Of a DNA stretch of 64,000 nucleotides, positions 27,759 through 37,320 are shown in pieces. The stretch spans positions 9,949 through 73,948 of the forward strand of contig JAZOSB010000026.1 of assembly GCA_045656865.1 (NCBI GenBank), written 5' to 3'. The position numbers were made by a program, and so were the translations under genes. The notes beneath the pieces were generated by a model that was given only the letters and a program-made list of their open reading frames with translations, was not told the origin of the DNA and ran no database searches. Origin of the DNA: Clostridia bacterium (GTDB lineage Bacteria; Bacillota; Clostridia; UMGS1883). Position 1 is the stretch's first letter. Each line of letters starts with the position of its first letter.

Positions 27759-29778
27759 AACAGTAAAAGTAGCAGAAAAGGCAGGCTTCTGCTTTGGAGT
27801 AAGCCGTGCTGTAAGGATAGCACAGGAGGGTATTGACAGCGGCAGGAAAATTGCAACCCTCGGACCTATTATTCATAACAGTGCTGTGGTAGAGTCTTTC
27901 AATAATCAGGGTGCAAGGATTATAGAAAGCCCCTCTGATGCATTGCCTGGGGAAACAGTTATCATAAGGAGCCACGGTATCAAAAAAAGCGAGCAGGAAA
28001 TATTGGAGAAAAACGGAATTCAGTTTATTGATGCAACCTGCCCCTTTGTAAAGAAAATTCACAATATTGTTGCCGAAGCCTATGAAAATAAATACGATAT
28101 TGTTATTATAGGCGATAAAAACCATCCTGAAGTTATAGGAATCAACGGATGGTGTGAGGACAGTGCAACGGTCATAGACAGTGAACAGCAAGCTCGAAAT
28201 TTAGAATTTCAGGCTGAAAAAACAGTATATGTTGTAGCACAAACTACATTTGAACGCGAATTATGGAAAAAAATTACGAAAATTATAAAAAAGACTTGCC
28301 AAAGTGCCATAGTTTTTGATACAATATGTAGTGCTACGAATGAGCGACAGAAATATGCAGCCGAGCTTGCAAAAGTCAGTGATGTATTTGTTGTCGTCGG
28401 AGGTAAACACAGCTCCAATACCAAGAAGCTGTACCAGATCGCCGCACCGCTTTCCAAACACACATTTTTGGTGGAGGAGGCAGGTGAACTGCCAAAGGGT
28501 ATTATGTCCCTCGGCAATTCGTTCGGTATAACCGCCGGTGCATCAACGCCGGAGCATATAATTAAGGAGGTTTTGGAAACCATGGTAGAAGAAAAAAACA
28601 CTAATATTCAAGGAAATGGAGAGCCCACATTTGCCGAGGCATTTGAACAATCCCTCGTCACTTTAAATACAGGACAGGTTGTAAGCGGCACAGTTATCAG
28701 CATTACTCCCACAGAAGTATATGTAGACCTCGGCTACAAGGCTGACGGTATCATCCCTGCGGACGAGCTTACAGACGATCCTTCTGTAAATACTGCTGAC
28801 ATTGTTAAGGTTGGCGACGAAGTAGAAGTATTCGTTGTAAGAGTAAACGACGGTGAAGGCTATGTTAAGCTTTCTAAAAAGAAGATTGACGCAATTAAGG
28901 GTTGGCAGACAATCGAGGCTGCTTATGAATCAGGCGAAATCCTTACAGGTAAAATTGTTGAGAATGTTAACCGCGGTGTAATCGCTCTTGTTAACGGCTC
29001 AAGAATTTTCATTCCTGCTTCAATGGCAAGTGAAAGATTTATGAAGGATCTTCAGCCCCTCGTTGGTACTGAAGCAAGCTTCAAGATTGTAAACATCCGT
29101 GAAGACAGACGCGGCAAGAAAGCAATCGGTTCAATTAAGGTTGTTGCTCAGGCAGAGCGTGCTGAAAAGGCTGCTGCATTTATGGCTGAAGTGGAAGAAG
29201 GCAAGGTTTACACAGGTACTGTTAAGACTCTTACCGATTTCGGTGCATTTGTTGACCTCGGTGGTGTTGACGGGCTTATACCGATTTCTCAGCTCAGCTG
29301 GCAGAGAATCAAGCACCCCTCCGAAGTTGTTAAGGTTGGAGATATTGTAGAGGTTACAATCCTCAAGGTTGACAAGGAAACTCAGAAGATTTCTCTCGGC
29401 TATAAGAAGATTGAGGACAATCCCTGGGAAATTGCAAAAAGAACATTTAACGAAGGCGACGTTGTAAATGTAAAGGTTGTTCGTCTTGTTCCCTTTGGTG
29501 CATTTGTTGAACTTATTCCCGGAATCGACGGTCTTATTCACATTTCTCAGATTGCTAACAAGAGAATCGGCAAGCCCGAAGATGTTCTCACTGTTGGTGA
29601 AATGGTTGATGCTAAGATTACAGAAATCAAGTGGGATGAAAAGAAGATTGGTCTTTCCATCCGTGAACTTCTCGCTCCCGAAGCTCCCGCTGAAGTAGTA
29701 GAAGAAGCTCCCGTAGAGGAAGCAGTTGAAGTAGCAGAGGAAGTAGTAGAAGAAGCTCCCGAAGCAACAGAAGAATAA
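27751..29778 (+). CDS. ispH: Bifunctional 4-hydroxy-3-methylbut-2-enyl diphosphate reductase (IspH) / 30S ribosomal protein S1 fusion
   Basis: The N-terminal ~280 aa is IspH (GFCFGVSRAV, HNSAVV, ATCPFV, SSNTKKL). Four S1 (OB) repeats follow (G.V..G.V......G..VDLG), then an acidic tail. Confidence 0.9.
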   Translation: MSKTVKVAEKAGFCFGVSRAVRIAQEGIDSGRKIATLGPIIHNSAVVESFNNQGARIIESPSDALPGETVIIRSHGIKKSEQEILEKNGIQFIDATCPFVKKIHNIVAEAYENKYDIVIIGDKNHPEVIGINGWCEDSATVIDSEQQARNLEFQAEKTVYVVAQTTFERELWKKITKIIKKTCQSAIVFDTICSATNERQKYAAELAKVSDVFVVVGGKHSSNTKKLYQIAAPLSKHTFLVEEAGELPKGIMSLGNSFGITAGASTPEHIIKEVLETMVEEKNTNIQGNGEPTFAEAFEQSLVTLNTGQVVSGTVISITPTEVYVDLGYKADGIIPADELTDDPSVNTADIVKVGDEVEVFVVRVNDGEGYVKLSKKKIDAIKGWQTIEAAYESGEILTGKIVENVNRGVIALVNGSRIFIPASMASERFMKDLQPLVGTEASFKIVNIREDRRGKKAIGSIKVVAQAERAEKAAAFMAEVEEGKVYTGTVKTLTDFGAFVDLGGVDGLIPISQLSWQRIKHPSEVVKVGDIVEVTILKVDKETQKISLGYKKIEDNPWEIAKRTFNEGDVVNVKVVRLVPFGAFVELIPGIDGLIHISQIANKRIGKPEDVLTVGEMVDAKITEIKWDEKKIGLSIRELLAPEAPAEVVEEAPVEEAVEVAEEVVEEAPEATEE

Positions 29779-29790
29779 TCCATAAAAGTT

Positions 29791-29824
29791 AAAAGGCTTT
29801 GATGTTTTGCATCAAAGCCTTTTT
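29791..29824. terminator. Bidirectional rho-independent terminator (ispH-rpsA / recG)
   Basis: AAAAGGCTTTGATG (29791-29804) pairs with CATCAAAGCCTTTT (29811-29824). The recG stop codon (29823-29825) touches the stem. Confidence 0.85.
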
Positions 29825-31865
29825 ATAATGTCAGATTGTCAGCTAATTTATCGGTTGCTTCTTTTATATAGAAATGCTTTTCCTCGGAAAGAGCAGGGTC
29901 TTTCAGAAGGAGTTTTTCTGCCTCTATACCGCTTGCTTTAAGAACGGAGAAATCGTTTGCCAAATCAGCAATTTTAAAGCTTAATTCACCGTGTTGCCTT
30001 GTGCCGAAGAAATCACCCGGTCCGCGGAGCTTAAGGTCAGTTTCGGAAATTTTAAATCCGTCGTTGCTTTGTGCCATAATCTTCATTCTCTCTTTTATTT
30101 CATCGGAAAATGATGCACAGAAAAGTACACAGTAGCTCTTTTCTTTTCCTCTGCCGACTCTTCCGCGAAGCTGATGAAGCTGACTAAGACCGAATCTTTC
30201 GGCATTTTCAATAACCATCAACGTTGCCTCGGGAACATTCACCCCAACCTCAATAACGGTTGTTGAAACAAGGATTTTACTCTTTCCCGAGATAAAATCG
30301 CTCATTGCCATTTCCTTGTCCTTTGCTTTCATCTTACCGTGGACGATTCCCATAGGAATATCGGGGAATACACTCTTTGAAAGGGCGGAATAATGCTCCT
30401 CTACGGATTTCAATCCCTCAATTTCCGACTCCTCCACCGCAGGACAAACAATGTAGGCACGGTTGCCTTTTTCTATTTCCTTGCGGATAAATGCGTATAT
30501 ACGCTCTCTCATATTTTCTCCCACGCAGTAGGTGTCAATCCTCTGCCTGCCGGGGGGAAGCTCGTCAATAACAGAAATATCCATATCACCGTACACGATA
30601 AGTGCAAGGGTACGGGGGATAGGCGTAGCCGTCATAACAAGTGTATGTACGGCATCTCCCTTTTCGCTGAGCATCATTCTCTGCCGTACACCAAAACGAT
30701 GCTGTTCGTCTGTTATTGCAAGAGCAAGGGAGTTGAACTTAACCTTGTCGGTAATAAGTGCATGCGTACCAAAGACAACACTTGTTTCACCGTTTTCGAG
30801 CCTTTCGTATATTTCGCGTTTATTCTTTGCCGTGGTGCTTCCCGTGAGAAGCTCGCATTTAATTCCTAAACTCTCAAGCAGAGGAGAAAGGTCGTTGTAA
30901 TGTTGACGAGCCAAAACCTCGGTAGGTGCCATCATAGCTGCCTGATAACCGTTTATCGCACACAGATACATTGAAATTGCCGCAATAACTGTTTTACCGC
31001 TTCCTACGTCACCCTGCACTAATCTATTCATAACAGTTCCCGACGACAAATCATCTATAATATCCTCGGTAACTTTTTTTTGTGCACCTGTCAGACTAAA
31101 AGGGAGTGTTGTCAAAAATTCAGTTATATCATTATTCTTAAAAGCAGGACCTGAAACCTTTTTCGTTCCTGACTTCATTTTCCTAAGCGCAACTTGGAGT
31201 ATAAAGAACTCCTCAAAAATAAGTCTCTTTTTTGCTATTTCCAACGCTTCAGCATCCTTTGGAAAATGTATGTTTTTTATTGCAAACTCAACAGAACACA
31301 GAGAATGTTCTTTAAGAATTTCCGCAGGAATAACTTCACGGAAATATTTGTGAAAGTTTCTGTATGCATCCGCAACAGTTTTCCTCAAAAACTTCTGTGT
31401 AATACCGCTTGTAAGCGGATAAATCGGAACAATACACTTTGTGCATTGTGATTGGGAAGAAGGCTCAAACTCAGGGGAGAGAATTTCCCTAGTATTCCTG
31501 TTTATATTGATTTTACCGTAAAAGGAATATTCATAACCTTTTTTAAGGTAATTTTTCAGATATTTGTTGTTGAAGAATATGCAGGTGGCAATTCCCGTAT
31601 CGTCACGAATCTGCACCTTGTAATATGTAAGACCTTTTCTTACATAATGCTCGCTGACGGGTGTTACCACAATGCCGTTGACAAGTGCCATACTGTCGTG
31701 CTGCAGGTCAAATATCTTTGTTACCTTGCTTCTGTCCTCAAAACGGACAGGGAAGTAGGTAATGAGGTCCCAAACAGTAAATACGCCAAGGCGAAGCAAC
31801 TGCTTCGCCTTGGCATCGCCTATTCCTTTTAATAATCTGATATCTGTTTCCTGGGGTATTGGCAT
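29823..31865 (-). CDS. recG: ATP-dependent DNA helicase RecG
   Basis: 680 aa with a wedge/OB N-terminus, GDVGSGKTVIA, DEQHRFG and QLRGRVGRG. Confidence 0.95.
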   Translation of the reverse strand: MPIPQETDIRLLKGIGDAKAKQLLRLGVFTVWDLITYFPVRFEDRSKVTKIFDLQHDSMALVNGIVVTPVSEHYVRKGLTYYKVQIRDDTGIATCIFFNNKYLKNYLKKGYEYSFYGKININRNTREILSPEFEPSSQSQCTKCIVPIYPLTSGITQKFLRKTVADAYRNFHKYFREVIPAEILKEHSLCSVEFAIKNIHFPKDAEALEIAKKRLIFEEFFILQVALRKMKSGTKKVSGPAFKNNDITEFLTTLPFSLTGAQKKVTEDIIDDLSSGTVMNRLVQGDVGSGKTVIAAISMYLCAINGYQAAMMAPTEVLARQHYNDLSPLLESLGIKCELLTGSTTAKNKREIYERLENGETSVVFGTHALITDKVKFNSLALAITDEQHRFGVRQRMMLSEKGDAVHTLVMTATPIPRTLALIVYGDMDISVIDELPPGRQRIDTYCVGENMRERIYAFIRKEIEKGNRAYIVCPAVEESEIEGLKSVEEHYSALSKSVFPDIPMGIVHGKMKAKDKEMAMSDFISGKSKILVSTTVIEVGVNVPEATLMVIENAERFGLSQLHQLRGRVGRGKEKSYCVLFCASFSDEIKERMKIMAQSNDGFKISETDLKLRGPGDFFGTRQHGELSFKIADLANDFSVLKASGIEAEKLLLKDPALSEEKHFYIKEATDKLADNLTL

Positions 31866-31887
31866 AGTGTATCACCTGTTTATAGGA

Positions 31888-33516
31888 TTATTCCACGGAT
31901 ACAATATAGTAGTAAACACTCTGTCCGCCGTTTGCAACCATAATGTCTGCGTCGGGGAAGATTTCTTCAATTTCATCAGCAATATCCTGAGCACTTTCCT
32001 CAGTCTCACCCTCGCCAAAGTAGAGAGTTATAATCTCGCTGTCCTCATTTGCAATTTTCTTTGCAAGGTCAATTGTAGCGGTTTTAATATCCTTTGCATC
32101 AGAAACAATATGACCGCCCGACACACCGATTATGTCACCCTCATGAATTTCTATACCGTCAATTTCTGTATCCTTTACTGCGTGGGTAACATTACCGCTT
32201 ACCACATTAGCCAGAGCCGCTGTCATATTTTCGGTATTTTCCTCCAATGATGCGGTGGGAGAAAATTCCATCATAGCACAAATTCCCTGCGGAATTGTTT
32301 TTGACTCTATAACTACTGCATTGCATTCAGCAATTTCAGCCGCCTGCTGTGCCGCAAGAACAATGTTCTTGTTGTTGGGGAGAATAAATACATTATCTGC
32401 ATTTGCTTCTTCAATAGCATTTAAAATGTCCTCTGTGCTGGGGTTCATTGTCTGTCCGCCGTGAATAATGGTTGTAACCCCAAGCTCTGTGAACAGGGCT
32501 ATAAGTCCGTCTCCGTTAGCAACTGAAACAACTGCGGTTTCTCTGTGCTCAGAGAGTGGCTTTTCCTCTTCCTTGCTCATTGCACCGCCTACTATATCGG
32601 TATGCTGTTCACGCATATTTTCAATTTTTATATTAACCATTTCACCAAGCTTGACAGCTTGTTCCAGAACATATCCGGGGTGATTGGTGTGAATGTGTAC
32701 TTTTACAATGTCGTCTTCGTCAATTACTATCATACAGTCGCCCTTAGGCTCGATAGCAGCACGCATCTTTTCTGCAGATTTCTTTGCATCATACTTATTT
32801 ATAATAAATTCAGTACAGTATGCAAACTTAATATCCTCTGTGCTGATACTGCTCTGTGCAGGCTTGGCTACAGAAGCGGCAAGAGAATTGTCTGTAAGTG
32901 AAACTTCATTACCGTTGATAGCTGCAAGGAATCCCTCGAAAATGAAGAGCAATCCCTGACCGCCGGCATCAACAACGCCTGCCTGTTTAAGCTGGGGAAG
33001 CATTTCCTGAGTTTCTTTAAGAGCCTCTGCCATACCAAGGCACACCTTTTCCATAAGCTCAAAAGAATCTTCACCCTCATAAGTTTCTGCAGTTTCCGCA
33101 CCTGCGCGAATAACTGTAAGGATAGTACCTTCAGTAGGCTTCATCACTGCACGGTATGCCGTGTCACAACCACCGCGGAGTGCTTTTTTAAGTGCTTCTG
33201 CATCAATACCGTCTGGATTTTCTATATTCTTTGAAATTCCGCGGAATATCTGTGAAAGAATAACACCCGAGTTACCTCTTGCACCACGGAGTGTTGCCTT
33301 TGCAACGGCGTTAATAACCTCTGTAACATCGGTTTTTTCCATACCTTCAACGCTCTTTGAAGCATTAATGAAGGTAAGTGACATATTTGTTCCCGTATCA
33401 CCGTCAGGCACGGGGAAGACGTTAAGTGCATCAACCAATTCACGGTTGTTGCTCAGATTGTTTGCACCGGAAATTATCATTTTAGACAAAAGCGGTGCAT
33501 CTATAATTTTAGTCAT
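31888..33516 (-). CDS. DAK2 domain-containing protein (YloV family)
   Basis: FPVPDGDTGTNM and ARGNSGVILSQ are in the DhaL-like domain, followed by a C-terminal YloV extension. The start is set at the second ATG (33516), 6 nt after GGAGG. Confidence 0.85.
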   Translation of the reverse strand: MTKIIDAPLLSKMIISGANNLSNNRELVDALNVFPVPDGDTGTNMSLTFINASKSVEGMEKTDVTEVINAVAKATLRGARGNSGVILSQIFRGISKNIENPDGIDAEALKKALRGGCDTAYRAVMKPTEGTILTVIRAGAETAETYEGEDSFELMEKVCLGMAEALKETQEMLPQLKQAGVVDAGGQGLLFIFEGFLAAINGNEVSLTDNSLAASVAKPAQSSISTEDIKFAYCTEFIINKYDAKKSAEKMRAAIEPKGDCMIVIDEDDIVKVHIHTNHPGYVLEQAVKLGEMVNIKIENMREQHTDIVGGAMSKEEEKPLSEHRETAVVSVANGDGLIALFTELGVTTIIHGGQTMNPSTEDILNAIEEANADNVFILPNNKNIVLAAQQAAEIAECNAVVIESKTIPQGICAMMEFSPTASLEENTENMTAALANVVSGNVTHAVKDTEIDGIEIHEGDIIGVSGGHIVSDAKDIKTATIDLAKKIANEDSEIITLYFGEGETEESAQDIADEIEEIFPDADIMVANGGQSVYYYIVSVE

Positions 33517-33533
33517 AGTCATCCTCCATCAGC

Positions 33534-33893
33534 TTAAGCGTTTGCAACACGAATACTTTCTACGAAAATATTCACGGATTTAACATCCATCCCGATAAAT
33601 TCAGACAGACGGTACTTAACGCCGTGCATAATGCTTTCGCAAATAGCGTTGATATTTACGCCGTACTGCACTACTATGTGCATATCTACTGTAATTTCGT
33701 TATCTTCAATAGTAACTTTGATTCCTTTTGCAAGATTGGAAGGTTTAAGCAAACTTACAATACCGTCCTTAGGGCTTCTTATCGCCATACCGACAACACC
33801 GTAACAGCTTGTGGCAATTAAACCTGCCGCATTGGCAATTACATTGTTTGATATAGCTATATTGCCGTATTTGGTTTCTGACTTTGCTGCCAT
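33534..33893 (-). CDS. Asp23/Gls24 family envelope-stress protein (YloU-like)
   Basis: 119 aa with YGNIAISNNVIANAAGLIATSCYGVVGM. The order asp23-yloV-recG matches Bacillus yloU-yloV. Confidence 0.85.
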   Translation of the reverse strand: MAAKSETKYGNIAISNNVIANAAGLIATSCYGVVGMAIRSPKDGIVSLLKPSNLAKGIKVTIEDNEITVDMHIVVQYGVNINAICESIMHGVKYRLSEFIGMDVKSVNIFVESIRVANA

Positions 33894-33924
33894 AATATCT
33901 AACCTCCTTAGATTACTAACATAT

Positions 33925-33954
33925 ATTATACCTCAAATAAACCTCTTATGTCAA
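33925..33954 (-). promoter_or_regulatory. Sigma-A promoter of asp23-yloV-recG
   Basis: On the minus strand: TTGACA (33954-33949), 18-nt spacer, TATAAT (33930-33925). The -35 abuts the stop codon of the upstream ATPase gene. Confidence 0.55.
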
Positions 33955-35532
33955 TATTTCTGTTGCTTTATTAGCTGAAATTAAACTTTCGTCACTTGTG
34001 AAAAGAAGCACCTGCCTCTTGTGGGGAAGATTCTCCAAAAGCTTTATAGCTCTCTCTTTTCTTACCTTGTCATACTGTAAAAACGGCTGGTCGAGAAGTA
34101 TGGGACAGCTTGAATCCCCATAAAGCATATCCGTTAATGCAAGCCTTACAGATAAATAAAGCTGGTCAACAGTACCGCCTGAGAAAAATCCGCTTTCACG
34201 AGGGAGGTCTTCCTCTATCATAACCCCAAATTCCTTATCACAGAAAATCCGTGAATATTTACTACCTGCAATATGGCTGAAATATTCTGATGCCTTTGTG
34301 CTTAATGCAGGGGTAAAGTTTTTCTGCATATTTTCGTGGGCACGCTTTAGTGCCTCCATGCTTATCGTAACTGCACGCAGCTTTGCTTCAAGCTTTTTTT
34401 TCTTTTCTGTAAGACTGTCGGTATCTGCACCTTCTTCCAAAAGGGAAAGAGATATGGACTCCTTGCGGATTTTTAACTTTTCAAGTCTTTTTTCCGCTTT
34501 ATCAAGAGCTTTTGAAACAGCTTCTTTTTCTTTGTCACAAATTTCCTTTTTTTCTATAAATCTTTGAAGCTTTGCTTCAAGCTGTTTTAGGTTATTTTTT
34601 GCAGAAGGATTCCTTTTTATAAATCCTATTGCAAAAAATACCAATGAAAGGGGAAGAAACAGATAGAAAAAATTAAAATCAAGAAACATTGCCACAGCAA
34701 AAATTACCAGACACAGAATTCCTGCCGCATAAAACGGAGTATTTCCCTTTTGAGGAGCTTTTTTCTGCATTTCCTCAAGTCTGCCCTGAAGGTGGGCTAT
34801 TTCAAGGGTGCAATCCTCGTCTTTTAATTTACTTTCTTTCTCAAAAAGTCGGGAAACTTCATTTTCTGTCTGGGTTATAAGGGTATCAAGGGAGTGTAGT
34901 TCAGTTTTTAAGCTGCTTTTTGCCCTCTGTATCCTTTGTGCTTCATTAAGCTTGTTTGTAATACTCGTAAGCTCTCCACCCTGCCCACGTTGTGGCTGAA
35001 TCTCACGGCGCATTCCCTCGAGAATTTTTTGTGCTTTTTCGTAATTTACTGCTTCATCACCACCTGATGCAATGTTTGAAAGCCGTTGAGTAATTTCGTC
35101 ATTATTACCCTCAAACGCTGCCCCTAGCTGTTTTATACAAAGGGTTTTGAAGAATGTATCCTGACCGACACCTATTATATCCTCAGGATTTAGTTGATAT
35201 TCCTCACCAGTGTCTGCATCATATACCCGAAGTGTATCGTACTTTTTGACGTTTCCTGCTTTTCTGTAAATGCATATGTTCTTTCCATCGTCTGTAAGTA
35301 CGGTTATTTTCCCCTCACATACACCACCGCTCCACGAGGTGTATTTTTCACGGAGAGAAAGTGTTTTCCCCCTCTTATCGCCAAAACCGTAAAACATTGA
35401 ATATATAAAGCTTATAATTGTACTTTTTCCGCTTTCGTTGTTACCGAAAATAGTGTTAAGTCCTTCGGAAAATTCCATAACCTTATTTGAAAATTTCCCG
35501 AATGATAGGATTTCAAGCTTTGTAATAATCAT
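33946..35532 (-). CDS. SMC/Rad50-like AAA ATPase with central membrane hairpin (YhaN-like)
   Basis: 528 aa. Walker A is GNNESGKST, the signature is FSGGTVDQL, and Walker B is ILLDQPF. Two heptad-rich arms flank the hydrophobic stretch FYAAGILCLVIFAVAMFLDFNFFYLFLPLSLVFFAIGFI (about 34614-34731). No CxxC hook is present. Confidence 0.7.
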   Translation of the reverse strand: MIITKLEILSFGKFSNKVMEFSEGLNTIFGNNESGKSTIISFIYSMFYGFGDKRGKTLSLREKYTSWSGGVCEGKITVLTDDGKNICIYRKAGNVKKYDTLRVYDADTGEEYQLNPEDIIGVGQDTFFKTLCIKQLGAAFEGNNDEITQRLSNIASGGDEAVNYEKAQKILEGMRREIQPQRGQGGELTSITNKLNEAQRIQRAKSSLKTELHSLDTLITQTENEVSRLFEKESKLKDEDCTLEIAHLQGRLEEMQKKAPQKGNTPFYAAGILCLVIFAVAMFLDFNFFYLFLPLSLVFFAIGFIKRNPSAKNNLKQLEAKLQRFIEKKEICDKEKEAVSKALDKAEKRLEKLKIRKESISLSLLEEGADTDSLTEKKKKLEAKLRAVTISMEALKRAHENMQKNFTPALSTKASEYFSHIAGSKYSRIFCDKEFGVMIEEDLPRESGFFSGGTVDQLYLSVRLALTDMLYGDSSCPILLDQPFLQYDKVRKERAIKLLENLPHKRQVLLFTSDESLISANKATEILT

Positions 35533-36608
35533 ATATCCACCTCCATTGAGGGGATTTTTCCCATAAGTGCATCAAGCCCTGCCTTGCTGCAAAGAATAAA
35601 TTCCTCCTCGCTTGAGGTAAGCTTTCTGACCTCTCTCAAAAACTCTCCGCGGAGGCTTTCCTCTTTTTCAATTTCGTCAAAATTGTAGGAAAGAGAAGTA
35701 TCATCATAAATTTCCGCATAAAAACAGTATTCCTGAAGCTCACTTTCTAAAAATTCAGTATTGATTTCATCAGCCGTTTCGCCAATCAGTGTGATTTTAT
35801 ATAAATCTTCACTGTGTACAATGCTTTTAAGCTTCTGCAGGATTTTTTCAGTATCCTCACCGCTTATGTCACAGGAAATATTATGATAATGCCTTTTTGA
35901 AAACGATACAGGGAAAAGCTTTGTTTCATTCTCGGTAATTTCTCCGTAAATAAACCCCGTAACCCCATCATCATCAAAACCTGTACCATCTAAAGCACCG
36001 CTGTATGCACATTTTACATTTCCAACCTGAAAAACTTCACCGTTATGTATATGTCCCATCGGGGCGTAATTTATGGGAAGTGAAGAAAGAACTTCACGGA
36101 TTATTTGTGTGTAGTCACCTGCAATATTAAAATCTCCGTGAAGACACATAATATTTATCCTGTTTTCATCCAGGGGCATATCAGTAAATGAGGCATCTGT
36201 AAATGTACTGTTGTAGGACTTTCCGTATATAACCGTGTTTTTTTCAGGAATTTCAAAAAAATGGTCAAAGCACGGGAAAATATGTACATTATCGCTGAAA
36301 TAATCCTCTTTCAAAAAAGGTGAATCGGGGCAAATATAATCGTGATTTCCTGAAATAATAAAAACGGGAACAGGAGAAAGTGAAGAAAGTGTTTTTCTCA
36401 CAAATTCCGCATCTTTTTTCAAAGGATTGGGGCAATCAAATAAGTCGCCGCATATAAGTAATGCGTCGACTGATTTTTCTTTGCAATAATTTACGGTATC
36501 AAGAAATACGGCTTTTTGTTCCTCAGCACGCAAGGAGGCAAGGTGAGAGGGAAGCCGACCGAAAGATGCACCTATATGTATGTCTGCACAATGAACGATT
36601 CTGAGCAT
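35529..36608 (-). CDS. SbcD/Mre11-like metallophosphoesterase (DNA-repair exonuclease, YhaO-like)
   Basis: 359 aa with HCADIHIG, CGDLFD, SGNHD, CLHGD and MGHIH motifs, and an ATGA overlap with the downstream ATPase. Confidence 0.75.
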   Translation of the reverse strand: MLRIVHCADIHIGASFGRLPSHLASLRAEEQKAVFLDTVNYCKEKSVDALLICGDLFDCPNPLKKDAEFVRKTLSSLSPVPVFIISGNHDYICPDSPFLKEDYFSDNVHIFPCFDHFFEIPEKNTVIYGKSYNSTFTDASFTDMPLDENRINIMCLHGDFNIAGDYTQIIREVLSSLPINYAPMGHIHNGEVFQVGNVKCAYSGALDGTGFDDDGVTGFIYGEITENETKLFPVSFSKRHYHNISCDISGEDTEKILQKLKSIVHSEDLYKITLIGETADEINTEFLESELQEYCFYAEIYDDTSLSYNFDEIEKEESLRGEFLREVRKLTSSEEEFILCSKAGLDALMGKIPSMEVDI

Positions 36609-36665
36609 TATAAGACTTATCCTTTCAAAAAATCATTGAAACAATCCGGCTTTTGTGGTAAAATG

Positions 36666-37295
36666 TCAATGTGTCTTTTTAGCCACCAATCTGCATATGG
36701 GGAAGCCCATTTGTGAAAAACGCTCCTCGTATTCGGTCATAATGTTACCCTCAAAATCACTGCTGTGTAAATCGAAGGTAACCTCCGAAAGAGAAAAACC
36801 GTTTTCAGGGAAGCTTTCAAGGGAAAAATCGAAAAGCTCGCGGTTATCTGTCTTGAAGCAAATTTCACCGTCGTCCTTTAAAATTCTCTTGTAAATTTCC
36901 AAAAATCCGCCGTGTGTCAGTCTGCGTTTGGCATAACCCTTTTTAGGCCACGGGTCGCTGAAATTAAGGTATATTCTGTCTACGGATTTATCGGGAAATG
37001 TTTCTGCAAGTATCTGAAAATTTCCTCGCATAAAGCGTAGATTGGAAACCTCTGCTTTCACGGCTTTTTCCATTGCAAGTACCATAACATTGGATACTTT
37101 TTCAACGGCAATATAGCGGATATCGGGATTCAGTTTTGCGGTTTCTGCAATAAAGCGTCCTTTTCCGCATCCTATCTCAATATGTAAAGGGCTACTGCCC
37201 GCAAACTCACGGGCAGTGTCGTTAAAATTTTCAAGCATAATGTTTTCGCACGCCTTGATTCTGTCATCAAGGTGACTGCGTGTTCTCATTCTCAT
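36666..37295 (-). CDS. trmB: tRNA (guanine-N7)-methyltransferase
   Basis: IEIGCGKGRF and NFSDPWPKK motifs. The start is set at ATG 37295 (MRMRTRSH) after AAAGGA, which removes the overlap with spoIIR. Confidence 0.9.
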   Translation of the reverse strand: MRMRTRSHLDDRIKACENIMLENFNDTAREFAGSSPLHIEIGCGKGRFIAETAKLNPDIRYIAVEKVSNVMVLAMEKAVKAEVSNLRFMRGNFQILAETFPDKSVDRIYLNFSDPWPKKGYAKRRLTHGGFLEIYKRILKDDGEICFKTDNRELFDFSLESFPENGFSLSEVTFDLHSSDFEGNIMTEYEERFSQMGFPICRLVAKKTH

Positions 37296-37320
37296 AGTAC
37301 GAAGTCCTTTCTCTTTCGGA

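Noticed and set aside
29692-29761. Possible CRISPR-like or other spaced repeats
   Set aside because: The only exact spaced repeat I found is a two-copy, in-frame coding repeat in the S1 tail. There are no arrays of three or more repeats, no cas genes and no leader. No CRISPR is present in the window.
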